64,000 nt of DNA from Octopus vulgaris (taxonomy: Eukaryota): the NCBI GenBank assembly GCA_951406725.2, contig OX597828.1:5456001-5520000 (forward strand), written 5' to 3'. Below the pieces are notes generated by a model. That model had not been told where the DNA came from and made no database searches. It worked only from the letters and a program-made list of their open reading frames with translations. Shown piece by piece: positions 1 to 13,579 of the stretch (positions are counted from its first letter, which is position 1; every line of letters starts with the position of its first letter). The position numbers were made by a program, and so were the translations under genes.

Positions 1-55
1 ATAGAGAAAGAATCAATAAGAAGATACGTCTGATGTCTCTACATACACGTTCTGT

Positions 56-71
56 TGTAGTAGTAGTAGCG

Positions 72-131
<60 letters not shown>
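56..131. repeat. (GTA)n microsatellite
   Basis: Nearly pure tandem GTA; explains the poly-Val ORF 33..227. Confidence 0.95.
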
Positions 132-1339
132 ATTTTTAAAGACAGCCAAGATAATCTTTATGAAACTTGTTTTACAGATTATGTAAAACATGATTCACTG
201 ATAAAACATGATTCACGAAATAGGTGAATAAAGCTCTCCCCCAGAAAATATAAATTAATCAAAATATATTTTGATGATAGGAAAATTTATTTATTGTCAA
301 CTTGTATCAAAATATTCACATGCAAAACGGCCATTTCACTTTTAAAATAACTGTGAGCGAATGGTCTGCAGTTGTGAAAGGATCCTCTACATTCTTCAGG
401 TGGATTTCGGTGCTCTAAGGCGGAGGAAAATGCTGGTTGCGTGATGTTGAAGGGCAAAACGAAAGCTTCCATCGGAAAGTAAATAGGATTATAAAGTTTA
501 AACACATCGCCATGTCTTAAGGGTAGAACTTTGGGTATTTTCCTTAAATTATTCACTTTAATATTTTATCTCTCACTCCATTTACGTTCAGTAACAATAC
601 ATATTTGATTTCGAAGAACATAACTTTCAACTGAATTCTAGGTTCAATGATATAAAATTTTCTTTATAATTCCTGCGGCAACACATAAGAAAAATAGTAA
701 TTAATTTCCAAATTATCTACAGAATACCAACGGAACAAATTCTATAAAATCTTGCAAAATTATTATATATAGTTCTTTATTTTCGAAAATATTGAATTCT
801 CGGTCATGGTTGAGCGAGCATACACCATTTTAGATGTAGGCATCAATAAGCGGTTAACTCTGTATATCAGAAAGTTTACCACCAAATAGAGAGTATATCG
901 GGTTTAGTCTCTGTTATATCATTAATTTCATACAAATTGCTCTCCAATCGTTGCTGAAATATTTATTCTTTATTTACATATATGATCAGTTATGCTATAT
1001 ATAACATTACTTGTTTATTCATTAGTTTAAAGCTTTGATAAGGAGTAATGAAAAATCAGCGTCAAAAGGAAATAATGATATGAAAAACTAGGAATTGTCA
1101 ACGAACGTATGGAATAAAACTGGCTTAGACGTTTGAAACAAAGTGACGCCATCTTTTAATTCAAATCAAAATCAGTTGAAATGGTCAAACAACAGCCAAT
1201 CACAAGCATTCCTAAGTCGATGGCAAAACTTGGTCCTTCACAAGACAATATCAATGGACACTTTTATAAGCTCAGCCTCGTGAATAGACGCTCTGGACAA
1301 GCTCCTCCTAAACAGACCAATGATCAGATTTAACTACGT

Positions 1340-1940
1340 GTGGTAAATATTAGAAACGTTTATTTTTATCGTCAGATTGGAACCGGAGATTAACAATATG
1401 TCCATTTTCGAAATCCTATTAAGGGATGTCGGTGGCTTTTTCCGACAAGGTTTCAGAAGAAGTTGTCAAAAAAGGGCATTTTGAATAGAAGTTTATTTTG
1501 TGTGTTTGATGGAATTTCCAGATGTCGCACTTTAAGCTAGTCCTCAAAGTTCATGCTGGAGACGCTATCTTTTATGCTCAGCATCTGAAGCGAAAATATT
1601 ATGTTTTGAATGCCCTGCTATCCGGAATTGGCAAATAAAAGTAGCACACTCCTGCAAGTTGATATATTGCCCCAGCACTCAATGCCAATATGACAAAGTA
1701 CAAACTTGAAGAACTTGAGGGGCTGAAAGTGCTACCTCATTTTGCCTACTGTTCAGAATTTGCTTTAGGGGTATCGCGAAATGCTTGGTTGAAGGTCCAA
1801 TATTCTGAGTTCTTTTAGAGGACTTAGAAAAAACTGAAGTACCACGAATCTGAGACGGGTATATGCTGAATAAAACCATAATTAACTGATCCCCTCGTAT
1901 TCTTTTACACAAAGCCATGAACTTTTCAGCAACCCTTGTA
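1340..1940 (+). mobile_element. Decayed mariner-type DNA transposon remnant
   Basis: Broken frames give KFILCV*WNF (cf. mariner KVMLCVWW) and IAPALNANMTKYKLEELEGLKVLPHFAYCSEFA (cf. DNAPAH..TK.KL.EL..EVLPHPAYSPDLA). Putative TIR ...gccatgaacttttcagcaacccttg-TA ends at 1940. Confidence 0.6.
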
Positions 1941-4900
1941 AATTTAACCTGTTCGGTTTGTACGAGGCCAAATCCTTTGTATTATAGCAGGGAAATTTCA
2001 TTTATGGCTGGGGAAATTCAATTTTTATTATTAGCAGTGTGCCATATAGAGAAATATAATCTATTCATTTCCGAGAAGCAAAAGTTAAATTCACCGATAT
2101 AATATCATTATTAAGAACCTATTCCAGACGGTGAACGTATCTATCTGAAAATCTTCACTTCATTAGATCACTATGTCATCAAAACAAACGCTTACACATG
2201 CAAACTAGATAACTAGTTTTTCAGATATTCTTGTCATAATCCAGGTGCTTCTCAGCATAGCTTCCACAAACACATCATTGATCCAGAAATTTCTTCGGAT
2301 ATGTAAGACAAAGACGTTGATGTTGCTAAAAAATCATTGTTCATAATCTCGGAAAACAGCAAATAGGAAGAATTTTCAGGAGAGAGAAAAAAACCCAAAC
2401 CAAACGTCGATATCTTGCAGGAATTAACTTGGCTGACAATGGCTACCATATATAACTAATCAAATTCATATAGTTGCCATGTATCATATTCGATATGATA
2501 GAAGCAGAAACTGCGAGGATTCACTCTCAGACACGACTTGAATAAAAATATTAGAAATACACTAAAATTCACACTCTGAGAGATAAAAATAGATAGATAG
2601 ATACATACATACATACATACATACATACATACATACATACATACATAGATACATACATACATACATACATACACAGATACATAGAATATAGATAGTGGGA
2701 TACATTACATAAAGTGATAGACAGAGTGATAGGTAGGAATATACAGTTAGTAACGTATGTATAGAGAAGTGAAATCCTTTCAGAGGAAGTATATATAGAT
2801 TCGACCAATGGGAAATGGTTTTTAATTGATGTGAAACATTAAGTAATCCGATATTGCTACCATATATAGTAAACACTGACACATAAAGACACATGCATAC
2901 ACAAACACATTATATACACTTGAAATGTATCTGGAACAATATTATATAATGAAACATTATGTCATGATTTGAAGGAGATATCATATCTTCCTTATTTGGC
3001 TGCAATAAGCAGCTGTCATTTCTAGCACGTTCACTAAGCTGTTGCAATGATGACATTAGTCACGTATGGATAATTATCAGAATCCATGTCTCCTGCAACG
3101 AAAGTCAAAGTAGAATAAGTTGGGAAACTAAGTTGAGAAAAAAAATGTAACTCATTCATCTCTCCAGTTTTCGTGTCCACTCAAGCATCTATTATGTTTG
3201 TGTCCAAGAAACGAACGAAAGGAAATATACTCATGTTTATATTTTATTAATTCTGACATGTACTACATTTCTTTATGTTTTCCTGAAGCAGTTTTTTTTA
3301 ACAATGAACGACAACAAAAACGTCATAACAAAAGGAAAATGAATGTATAAATAAAGAGGACGAATTTTTTGAATAACTTTGTATTGGAAATAATTAATTT
3401 GATTACGTATTTTATATCTTCAAGAATGAAGTTTATAAATATATCTTTGGATATCCCCACTAGATACAGAAAAAATTGCTAAAAGCGTTATAGGATGAGA
3501 GATGAAATATTTGCAAATCTAGTGATTATTCATATTCTGAGTTGCAAAATTTATATTCGATAAACTAATCAGATATTTTGGTGAATGCTGTCGACTCCAT
3601 AATCATCGGTATTCTCTTCACAAGTTGTAAAACTTTTGCGAATTACTCGAGGGAATCCGAACTATATTTTATTATGAAACTATAAAACTTTTTTTTTTCT
3701 TACGGAGTTTTCCAAACGCAATTAACTATTCATTCTGCCTATGAGTACTTATATTTGAAAAATGTATATTTTAATACAAAAGAAAATTTAGAAATATTCA
3801 TTTAAGCAAATTTGAAGAAATAAACCGAATTTACTCTTCATGTGTCATATATAATTTCAAATGAAAAGGAAAACGGGCTCTAAAAATCCATTTCCCTTAA
3901 CTAATATAACCGAGATTATTTTAGTTGAATCTGGACGTGATATAGCACAAAGTCTACTAAGAAAGGCTGTTTGGTCAATTTCAAGAGGGATGATTTGGCA
4001 ACAATTGCATCTGTTAAAGAGTTACGTGCGAAGAATAATGAACCAGATGAAAATAGTTTATAATCACTAGATTTGCAAAATGGCGCGAAGAAAATGTGCA
4101 AGTGAATGTATGTTATCAAGTGATAGTATTCTATAAAGAAAAGTAACAGAAGTATTTTTATTTTATTGGAAAAGCATCTCGTTATATTACTATAAAGCAT
4201 AACCAGAAGAGTGTCGATACTGTGACAATCTTGGGAGAAGAACTTGTCAAAATTAGTGCAACATTCACAGTTTAGAAGTCAGTGAAGAGAAGAAACCTCT
4301 ACGCGGTTGTTCGACATCCTAAGCACATTATACAATCGGGTCTATATCACGCTTAAACTACTTCAAAGCAATGAACATAGCGGATCCAAGCCTCCCACAT
4401 ACACTGAGACTTGAATTGAAGGCAGCACCATATGATTATAGTTGTAATACTTTTCATTAAATCTCTTAATACCTCAGGAGTGACCAGGCGCTAAACAATA
4501 AAACTGCAATTTTTCCAGACATTTTCATATTTATTAGTAACAGTGTTTACTAAAGAGAACTTTTAAAATGCGGAATGTCATTGGGCAGGATTAGCTATTT
4601 TACTATAAAATCTGCAGCTTGACATTTCCTATAATCACATAAAAGTAATATTAATGGAAACAAACTTTTTTGAAAACAATGTCAACTATCCGAGTAGCAA
4701 CTAATGTCAACTATCAAACAAAGCGATCACTTTAGACCAATTTTTTATTAGATTAGACTAGTTAATTTGTTAGTTATTGAACTAGTTGATTTATAATGAT
4801 AAAAACATGAATTGATATATAATCAGTGTGTGTTTCATGTTTATTGGGAAAGACCTCCTCCCAAATATATGTTGTAACTCGGGGTTTCATTTTCACTAAG

Positions 4901-6009
4901 TTGTAAAACAATAAATTACTGCAATAATTTTATCCAATTTTGTATAAAAAATAATTTTGTGATTTAAATTACGTAAGACAGATCGACTGAATACTTTGCG
5001 TCAATGAAGATTCGGAAATGAATAAAATGTTAAAGCTGTATGCATTACAGGCTTAAGGGTGATACCTATTTTCTTGCGAAACTGTTTTCAAAAATGTATA
5101 AAAGAGGTATGCTTCAAGGATTATACATTTAATCTACTAAAAATATAACACTGAATGGAAATGTTAGTGAGTTATATTGAAAATTTTTATAAGTTCTCTT
5201 AAATTATATTCCAGTCGTATATATATAATTTAAAGAATAACAGAATAATCTTACAATCAAACATATAAGATTGTTGCTTTTATTAATTCCATTACGAGAA
5301 CTAAGTACGTAAATAGAGGCTCATAAATTTTGTGAAAAATGTAACAATTGTTTCGAATGAACAAAACAATCGCTATTTTACTTATATGCTTTTAAGTAAA
5401 TAAAATTTTATCTGTATAAAAGCAAATGTCACTAAAAGCAGGATTCTGTGAGTAAAACTTTGTGTTATCAAAAAAAAAAAATGTTTATTGCGTCTGGTGA
5501 TACAAATATTAAAGTGAAATTCTGAGAAATTATCCGCAAAGTTACTTTAAGAAAACTACCATTCATCGTTGGCTTGTGTGTCTAGAGTAAATCTTAGTAA
5601 ACTTGCGACATATGAAAGGCAAATAAATAAAGACTGTTAGTTTCATAATGCTGGTAAAAATGCAGGGAAAATTATTAAAAGGGGAAAAAAAAGCGAGAAA
5701 AGGTGGAACATTTTGTGTGACTGAAAAATGAATGTATAAACTACAGGAAAAATGGAACTTGGTTTCAGGGCAAATAGATATAAAATATATTCAAGTGTGT
5801 TAAGATATATAAAAAAATAACAGGTTTTTAGAGGGCATATATAGTAATGACATATGTGGAGGTGAAAATAGGATGTAGCATTTATCTACGTATATATGTA
5901 TGTATAAATGTATATATGCATGCACATATATATGCATATGGGTATATATGTTGATTTCTTCACGGCAATCATACAGGTTCACTTCGCTACTGGTTCATAT
6001 ATCAGCAAA

Positions 6010-6840
6010 TCAAAATTACTTCTAATTCTTTCGAAGTTGACGAATACAGACCGTGTCCAGTACTTTCAAAAATTCCAAAGCACCTTACGATTCCATCATG
6101 GTGCTAAGGCCCTAGTTATGTATACACTCAGGGACAAAAATAAAGATAAATGTGACATCGCTATAAAATATGATGTAGAGATTGAAAGAACGATGTGTAA
6201 ACAGCACACACATAACATGGACCATCATTGCTAAAGCCAGAAAATATAGAGTACGGAATATCAAATGTGAGCTTAGTATCACAGAAAAAACTAAATGTCA
6301 TACAGATGTCATTTTAAATATTAGGGATGAAACCTTCTTTCCCTGCATACACAAGCAATATTTAACACTCCGTCACTTCAAAGAGGAACAACCACCCTCA
6401 CTACCAAACCAACGGTGATAGGTTCTCTCCCTGAATGTGAACATTGAATATATACAACACACGAACTCCACCCATAGAAGAAAAAATCCCCCCTGATAAA
6501 CTCAGCATACGAATATACGAACTTCAAATGTACCCAGAAAATGATTTACTATAATACAAACAAATTCACCATCCAACATGTTTTCCCCCAAAACAAACAC
6601 AAGTGAAATAATCATTCAAAAGGCGCTTTGTGCTTTCATCCAAAACGCAGACGAAAAGAGGAATTAGCTAACAACTCTACAAAGACACCCACAGACAGAA
6701 TTTCCCACAATTGTTATATATATATAGCGTTTTTCTGATGGCCGGATAACTGAAGAGATGGCAGCGTGGATTTCCACCTCGGCATCCGAAACTCGGAGTT
6801 TTATCATGGCTACCGAATGATTGTCACATATTACATCTAC
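6010..6840 (+). mobile_element. Penelope-like element (PLE) 3' remnant: C-terminus of GIY-YIG region plus 3' tail with HHR, ending at (TA)n
   Basis: ORF 6182..6418 reads ITWTIIAKARKYRVRNIKCELSITEK...LNIRDETFFPCIHK, matching the PLE endonuclease C-terminal pattern I.W.I...A..Y....C.LC..EK....LN.R.E....C.H. An HHR at 6745 and (TA)n at 6843 follow. Confidence 0.7.
6745..6805 (+). ncRNA. Type I hammerhead ribozyme motif
   Basis: Stem I GATAA(6745)/TTATC(6801); CTGAAGA 6750-6756; imperfect stem II GATGGCAGCGTGGA-tt-TCCACCTCGGCATC; GAAA 6788-6791; stem III CTC-G-GAG; triplet GTT. Confidence 0.75.
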
Positions 6841-6903
<63 letters not shown>

Positions 6904-6905
<2 letters not shown>

Positions 6906-7238
6906 ACAAAATATTAAGGAATGACCCTGAGAAGGTCGTTCGACTCACTTGAAGAGAGCAGCTAAAACTCAAAACCGCAAAAAATAGTAGTAATTCTGAA
7001 ACTAGAGGAAAATAAAAAACATTTATCCCCTTTTATTTTCCTCTAGTTTCAGAATTACTACTATTTTTTGCGGTTTTGAGTTTTAGCTGCTCTTTTCTAG
7101 TGAGTCGAACGACCTTCTCAGAGTCATTCCTTAATATTTTGTTGAACGTATCATATAGTCTGTGACTATTTCTATTTTCTCACTTGACCGCTGGTGGCAG
7201 AAAATTTTTCTTGAATTTTTTGTTACCCTTATATTGAA

Positions 7239-7240
<2 letters not shown>
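6904..7240. mobile_element. Fold-back element between two (TA)n tracts (arms ~6904-7017 / 7031-7144), probably PLE-derived
   Basis: ~113-bp near-perfect inverted repeat with a ~13-nt loop; the right side extends ~95 bp further to the next (TA)n. Confidence 0.75.
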
Positions 7241-7305
<65 letters not shown>

Positions 7306-7470
7306 GGCGCAGGAGTGGCTGTGTGATAAGTAGCTTGCTTACCAACCACATGGTTCCGGGTTCAGTCCCACTGCGTGGCACCTTGGGCAAGTGTCTTCTA
7401 CTATAGCCTCGGGCCGACCGAAGCCTTGTGAGTGGATTTGGTAGACAGAAACTGAAAGAAGCCCGTTGTA

Positions 7471-7516
<46 letters not shown>

Positions 7517-7740
7517 TATGTGTGTGTGTTTGTGTGTCTGTGTTTGTCCCCCTAGTATTGCTTGACAACCGATGCTGGTGTGTTTATGTCCCCGTAACTT
7601 AGCGGTTCGGCAAAAGAGACCGATAGAATAAGTACTGGGCTTACAAAGAATAAGTCCCGGGTTCGAGTTGGTCGATTAAAGGTGGTGCTCCAGCATGGCC
7701 GCGGTCAAATGACTGAAACAAGTAAAGGATAAAGGAAAGG
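7306..7740 (+). mobile_element. tRNA-derived SINE, family 1 (full length)
   Basis: A-box-like GTGGCTGTGTGATAAG and B-box-like GGTTCAGTCCC; internal (TA)n/(TG)n; near-identical reverse copy at 35021-35430. Confidence 0.9.
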
Positions 7741-7778
7741 AAGGAAGGATATATACATATATATATATATATATACAT

Positions 7779-8138
7779 ACTGTCACTCCGTCGCCTACGA
7801 CGACGAAGTTTCCAGCTGATCCGATCAACGGAACTCCTTGCTTGTTAGATTAACGTGCAAGTGGCTGAGCACTCCATAGACACTCGTATCCCTTCACATA
7901 CTTCTCAGGGAGATACACGGTGACAGATAGTGCGACAAGTCTGGCCCCTTGAGATACAGGTACTACTTATTTTTGCCAGCTGAATGGCCTGGAACAACGG
8001 GAAATATAATGTGTTGCTCAAGGATACACTGCACTGTCGGGAATCGAACTCACGACCCTACGATCGTGAGCCGAATACCCTAATCATTAAGTCACGCATC
8101 TTTACAGCCACGCACCTTTCACACTGCATGCGCCTTCA
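7779..8138 (-). mobile_element. tRNA-derived SINE, family 3
   Basis: Minus strand TGACTTAATGATTAGGGTATTCGGCTCACGATCGT...GAGTTCGATTCC (A/B boxes), then TCCTTGAGCAA; head related to SINE family 2 and to 56130-56376. Confidence 0.8.
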
Positions 8139-8200
8139 TGTATATAACATTGAAGAAATTGGAATCAACAAGAAGGAGTACGGTTGGACATTTATTTTTT

Positions 8201-8303
8201 AATCACGACAAATGTCTCCACGTGTTTCTCCAAAAGTACAGGTATTTGATTAGGCAACTGTTTATTTACATAATAAAATCCAGTTGCGTTTCCTCAGGTG
8301 ATT
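8201..8303 (-). ncRNA. Type I hammerhead ribozyme motif with atypical expanded stem II
   Basis: Minus strand: AATCAC-CTGAGGA-aac-GCAACTG..CAGTTGC-(25 nt)-GAAA-CACGTG-gaga-CATTTG-TC-GTGATT, then AATAAA. Perfect 6-bp stem I and GTC triplet. Confidence 0.55.
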
Positions 8304-8672
8304 TCAAGTTTTGTCTCCGTTAGTTCAAAATCTTCGACTTTAAGGTCATCCTATCCGTCCGTCTTGATTTGAATTTTGTAGCAGTTGGTAGATTCATGTT
8401 TGGCGGGAGAGTGTGTTTGTTTGACTGCTATGTGTGGTAGAGGATGGCTGTTCTGGTAACGGCTGATCACTGACCTGTTCTTCATGGTTGGTTGCACATT
8501 ATATATGCCTGTATACACAAAGAGATACGCTCATACATATACACATCTATTCAGATACGTACGTGCATGCATACACACAAACTTGGACATACACTCCCCC
8601 ACACAAAGTAACCCTTGTACATATGCTTATATAGACATACATACACGCTCACATGTACATACATACACACGC

Positions 8673-8713
<41 letters not shown>

Positions 8714-8788
8714 CGTATACATATGTATACACACACGCACACACACACAAACATAGACACACACATACACACACTCACACTCACACAA

Positions 8789-8880
<92 letters not shown>

Positions 8881-9034
8881 TGATCAACATATACACTTGT
8901 TCACTTAGATATATTCACCTTCACGCAGGAATATATATATACCTACATAAATACACGACGTAAATAAGTGAGCAAACTGGCGAGAAGAAAAAGACAGAGA
9001 AAAAGAGAGAAAAAGAGAGAAAAAGAGGAAGAAT

Positions 9035-9961
9035 GTCACAGATCATTAATATTTTCATAGTAAATTTCAAATTCTTCAAGGCGTTTCCAGTACAGAGATA
9101 TCTTTGTCTTTCAGTCTTCTCCCAGTAGATTCCATTCCTTCAACCTTGATGAAAGAAGTTCAGCTCCTGACTTAGTAAGACCCAGATCTCTGATTAAATC
9201 ATCTAGCTCACTCTGATTTGGAATGTGAGGCTCCGAGGTCGTTCTTGATACGAAAGCTTCCTCCATTTCTTGGCTGCTGCTACTTGTTGACTCTTCAGAT
9301 GAAATATTTTCTGGTGGTAGTGATACTCGCAAACTGTCATCTTGTGGGACAGGTGCTCTAGATGATGGTATGTCTGGATACTGAAGAGCTTGTCTTCCTT
9401 TCACTTTTCTGTATTTTGTCACATTGATCATAAAAAAGTAACAGTCACCGTGATGGTTCTTTGGATCTCTCTATACCCTTGGAATGGCAAAAGGCATTGA
9501 CCTTCCTGTACCTCTTAACCATCCTTCTAGAGTAGATCAACAGTTTCCGCATATCACATGTGGGGCCCATGGTGTGTCCTAGTCACCCATAGGCATTCTG
9601 AAATAGTCTCTACGCTATCCACAATTTGGCACATTTTATGATTTTATGTAATACCTGCTTTTTTCCAATATAATAACCATACACATAGCAAAATGTATCT
9701 GGAGAATTTTTACATACTCTAGTAGCCATCCTGAAAGTAGCAGAACTTAGTAATTGGTCTGAAAGAGAAAATTAAACATATATTTAGTAGCGAAACTTTA
9801 TAACAATACCGAATACATAATAATATCGAAAGTCGACATATTTTCTTAACTGTTGATGATACACAAAAAATAATTTCACTTTTGGAATCAGTAGAAAAAA
9901 TAGATTGATAAATAATAAAAAAAATGCAATAAACAAATGTTTTTTTAATTGTTACGTTGTG
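9035..9961 (-). mobile_element. Chapaev3-like (CMC) DNA transposon, 5' part, decayed
   Basis: Minus-strand ATG at 9729 gives MATRVCKNSPDTFCYV, then PWAPHVICGNC, MPFAIPRV, YPDIPSSRAPVP and QSELDDLIRDLGLTKSGAELLSSRLKEWNLL (ORF 9111..9431). Terminus starts CAC at 9961. Family assignment from recalled motifs. Confidence 0.7.
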
Positions 9962-10004
9962 TAATAGCTTACATTATGTTAACTGAATTTCTCTCCTACC
10001 AAAA

Positions 10005-10210
10005 TTACAATCTTTGAAGCAATGAATCGTCAAGCTGTGATGCACACATTAGTATATTTGTTGTAAGACCGTCTGGTATAACTTTTTCTGGTTTGCATGC
10101 TTCCAGAAATGATAAATGGCTTTTGATTTTAGCACGAAAACGATTAAGTTTTTTAACTGATACAATTGTCGATTGCTCATTTTCTGATTCGTATTTGGAT
10201 TGTAGAAAAT
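10005..10210 (-). mobile_element. Penelope-like ORF N-terminal fragment
   Basis: KSHLSFLEACKPEKVIPDGL fits the H..FL..C....IP.GL motif near the N-terminus of PLE RT ORFs. Confidence 0.55.
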
Positions 10211-10441
10211 CCATTGGTCCTCGATTGGGCTCAACACTGGGGTCTAGCGAAACTAACAGGCCTGACAGGCCAACTGTAGAAGGAATAAAAAGCAAAAGCT
10301 ATAATTTACATTACGATTTTCCTTAGACACCCGTAGTGTTTTGGTAACTTCCAGAATTTCTAAATGTTCTAATACTTATTCGGTGTAATATCAAACCAAT
10401 CATCTCAATCTACTTGATTTTGGTATTTTAAAAGGGTTGAG

Positions 10442-10777
10442 GTAACTCTCCACAATGGCAATCAGACAAGACGAAGAGCGAGATGCGATTCCAATGGATA
10501 TTTTATTGGTTAAACGATATTTCCTTTTATTCACTGTCTTTTCCTTTTCGCCATTTATCAAATTGGAACTTAAAGACTGGTGACGTCATTTCATCAAAGT
10601 GTGGATGCTGGTTGCTCTCGTTCATATTTGAATTGCCATAATTTTCAGTTTTTATCACTTTATATTTTGAACTCGACAAAGCCAGACTTGCTGCCGAAAC
10701 ATCGCTCATCCAATAAAATATCTAGTGCAATCGCATCGCGCTCTTCGTCTTGTCTGTTTACCGTTGTCAAGAGTTAC
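10442..10777. repeat. Diverged inverted repeat (10442-10523 / 10696-10777) with decayed HHR-like motif
   Basis: CAGACAAGACGAAGAGCGAGATGCGATT mirrors AATCGCATCGCGCTCTTCGTCTTGTCTG. Right arm starts at GAAACATCGCTC...AATAAA, preceded by agccag-acttg-ctgcc. Confidence 0.75.
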
Positions 10778-10822
10778 GTGAATCATTTTAAAGTATTATT
10801 ATTATCATTGTTTTTATTATTA

Positions 10823-10877
<55 letters not shown>

Positions 10878-10915
10878 CATCATCGTCATCTTCATCACCA
10901 TCATTATTATCATTT

Positions 10916-11226
10916 TGAAGGCGCATGGCTCAGTGGTTAGAGCGTCAAGCTTACGCTCGTGAGGTTGTCAGTTCGAATCCTGGACTGGGCTGCGTGTTGT
11001 GTTTTTCAGCAAGATATTTTATTTCATGTTGCTCCAGTTCACCCAGCTGTAGAAATTAGTTGCGACGTCACAGGTACCAAGCTCTATCGGCCTTTGCCTT
11101 TCCCTTGGATAATACTGGTGGCGCGGGAGGTTGGTATGCATGGGCGACTACTGGCTTCCCGTAAACAACTTTGCACGGACTTGTGCTTGAGAGGGTAACT
11201 TTCTAGTCATGACCGAAGGGGGTTTC
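10916..11226 (+). mobile_element. tRNA-derived SINE, family 2, within (ATT)n
   Basis: TGGCTCAGTGGTTAGAGC (A box), GTTCGAATCC (B box); homologous copy at 21989-22330. Confidence 0.9.
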
Positions 11227-11253
11227 AATTATCATTACTATTATTATTATTAC

Positions 11254-11349
<96 letters not shown>

Positions 11350-11624
11350 CATCTGCTTTTAATTCTGTTCTAATTTTTGCCGAGTGACTTCCTGACATCC
11401 AAGGCAGAGAAACGCACTGTATACATTGGTAGGCCATTAAAGTAAACACACCAAATTGTCCATTTACAAAGTCATGTAATGGTAAAGAAAAAAGGGGAAA
11501 AAAGGCAGAGAAAAAATAAATAGGTGAAAAAAAACTACAGGACAAAAGGTGAAAGAATATTCACAGCGACAATGCTCTTCTCAATGCATGTGGCTGTTGT
11601 TGGTGTTATTATTATTATTATTAC

Positions 11625-11709
<85 letters not shown>

Positions 11710-11739
11710 TGTATTGTTATGCACATACGCAAATGAGTA

Positions 11740-13095
11740 GGTTGTAGACAAGTGGTTTTTGAAAGCTATTGAAGTAATGTATTGAGATGCTGTTAGGAAG
11801 GTGAGAGTTAATTACCAGTTCAGCGAAGAATTTGGCGTACAGGTAACTGTTCATCGAGGCTCAGTTCTCAATCACCTTCTGTTCATCATTGTCCTCCTGG
11901 CCATAACTGGAATTCAAAAACGGTAGCCCCTGGGAACTACTATATGCTGATGATCTTGCATTTATAGCCGATTCTATATCAGAGATTGAAAAGAAATTCC
12001 AGGTGTGGAAGCAAAGCCTGGAAACTGAGCGTCTTATGGTTAGCTTAACAAGAAAACAGACAGAACACTAGACCACTCACCTTTTCAGGTAAGTGGCCTT
12101 GCTCGATTTGTAGGAAAGATGTAGACAAGAATTCCATACGGTGTACCTAGTGTAAGCTATGGGCCACATTCGAAGTGCAGAGAAATGATAAGTTTAAGAG
12201 AGAAGTTAGTGTCCGTGTGTAGAAGATGCACAGGGACCATAAACACTACAGTTACTCGGGAAATTGATTTTCTCAAATATTTTGGAGGCTCAATAGAGGT
12301 AGGGAATAATTTCTGCTACATAGGGGACGGACTAAATTAGTAGAGTGTATACGGAGACTTTAATAGCTAGATTAAGAAGAGGATGGAGAAAATTCAGTGA
12401 GCTTTTACTTCTGTTGGCAACCAAAAGTTTCCCCCTTCGTGCGAAACGAATATTGTATGAGGCATGAATGCGAACAACAATCCTATGTGTTAGAGGGACG
12501 TGGGCCCTGAATGCAGAGGAATGCAGTGAAAGCTAGAAACGAACAAGATTAGTATGCCGGTGCACTGAGAAAGTGTGCTGGTGCATTGAGAAAGAAGTTA
12601 GACACAAGAGGGTTTAGATGAAATGTTCAAATGAAAAAACTGCCCTGGTTTTTGTCATGTGATGCTGATGGATGCTAGCAATCCCATAAAGAAATGCTGA
12701 TCTCTCAAAAAATGGCTGGAACACGTAGAAGAGGGAGGCTCAGAAAGATGGGGGACGAGGTTCTGAAGGATAACCTTTCAGAGATTTGAGAAACAAGCGA
12801 GATATCTGGCACTTTATGCAGATAGTTTTAAAGCTAGACACTCTGTTGAAGAGGATCGGCCTGCAAGTGTTGTATACTGGTACCACGTAGAATACAATCG
12901 TGCTGCTGTAAGGAAGTGGCGCTTTGTGCCACGTTAAAAGCAACCTGTACACACTGTGAAGTGGTTGGCGTTAGGAAGGAGGTCCAGTCGTAGAAACAAA
13001 GCCAAATCAGACTGGAACCTGGTCAAACTTTCCAACCCATGCCAGCGTGAAAAACGGACTTTAAAGGATGATGACGATGATTATGAAGATGATGA
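11740..13095 (+). mobile_element. RTE-type LINE, 5'-truncated and decayed, with 3' tail
   Basis: Broken frames: VRVNYQFSEEFGVQVTVHRGSVLNHLLFIIVL...PWELLYADDLAFIA (RT YADD); ends AAAACGGACTTTAAAG(GAT)n. Confidence 0.8.
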
Positions 13096-13116
13096 TGATA
13101 CATAAGTATATATATG

Positions 13117-13149
<33 letters not shown>

Positions 13150-13579
13150 ATGTATATATACGTTTATATCCAAATGCATGGTTTTAAATAGGCGTATGAC
13201 AGATAAATAAAAAGAAAATGAAAGAGAGCGCGTGTTTCTGTGTACGTTGATCCCTTATTTTTAACAGGGGAAAATATATCTGCTATCATGGAAGATGAAT
13301 TTATTTCTACTGAGCCAGAACTCTGTTCTGCTGTTTCCTTCACTTACAGACAATTTCTATAGGGAACAAAAAGAAGATTTAACAGTTGCTGGTTGATTTA
13401 AAAACATATTGCCCAAGCATTTGGAACATATGAAAAATATAGACTACAGATCTTTTCGTCTATCATATGTTCAAAGACAGAAAACAAAACAAAGATATTT
13501 ACCTTCTCTACAGTAGGAAAAAGAAGTTAGAGAAAGGAGAATGAATTAATTCCAAATTTGTACGTTGAGAGTGGAGTTA

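Noticed and set aside
3861-4070. Possible host exon or small ORF
   Set aside because: No recognisable homology and competing frames; unsupported.
10916-10995. tRNA genes at SINE heads (also 7306, 21989, 38414)
   Set aside because: A/B boxes only; they continue into SINE bodies and no full cloverleaf is evident.
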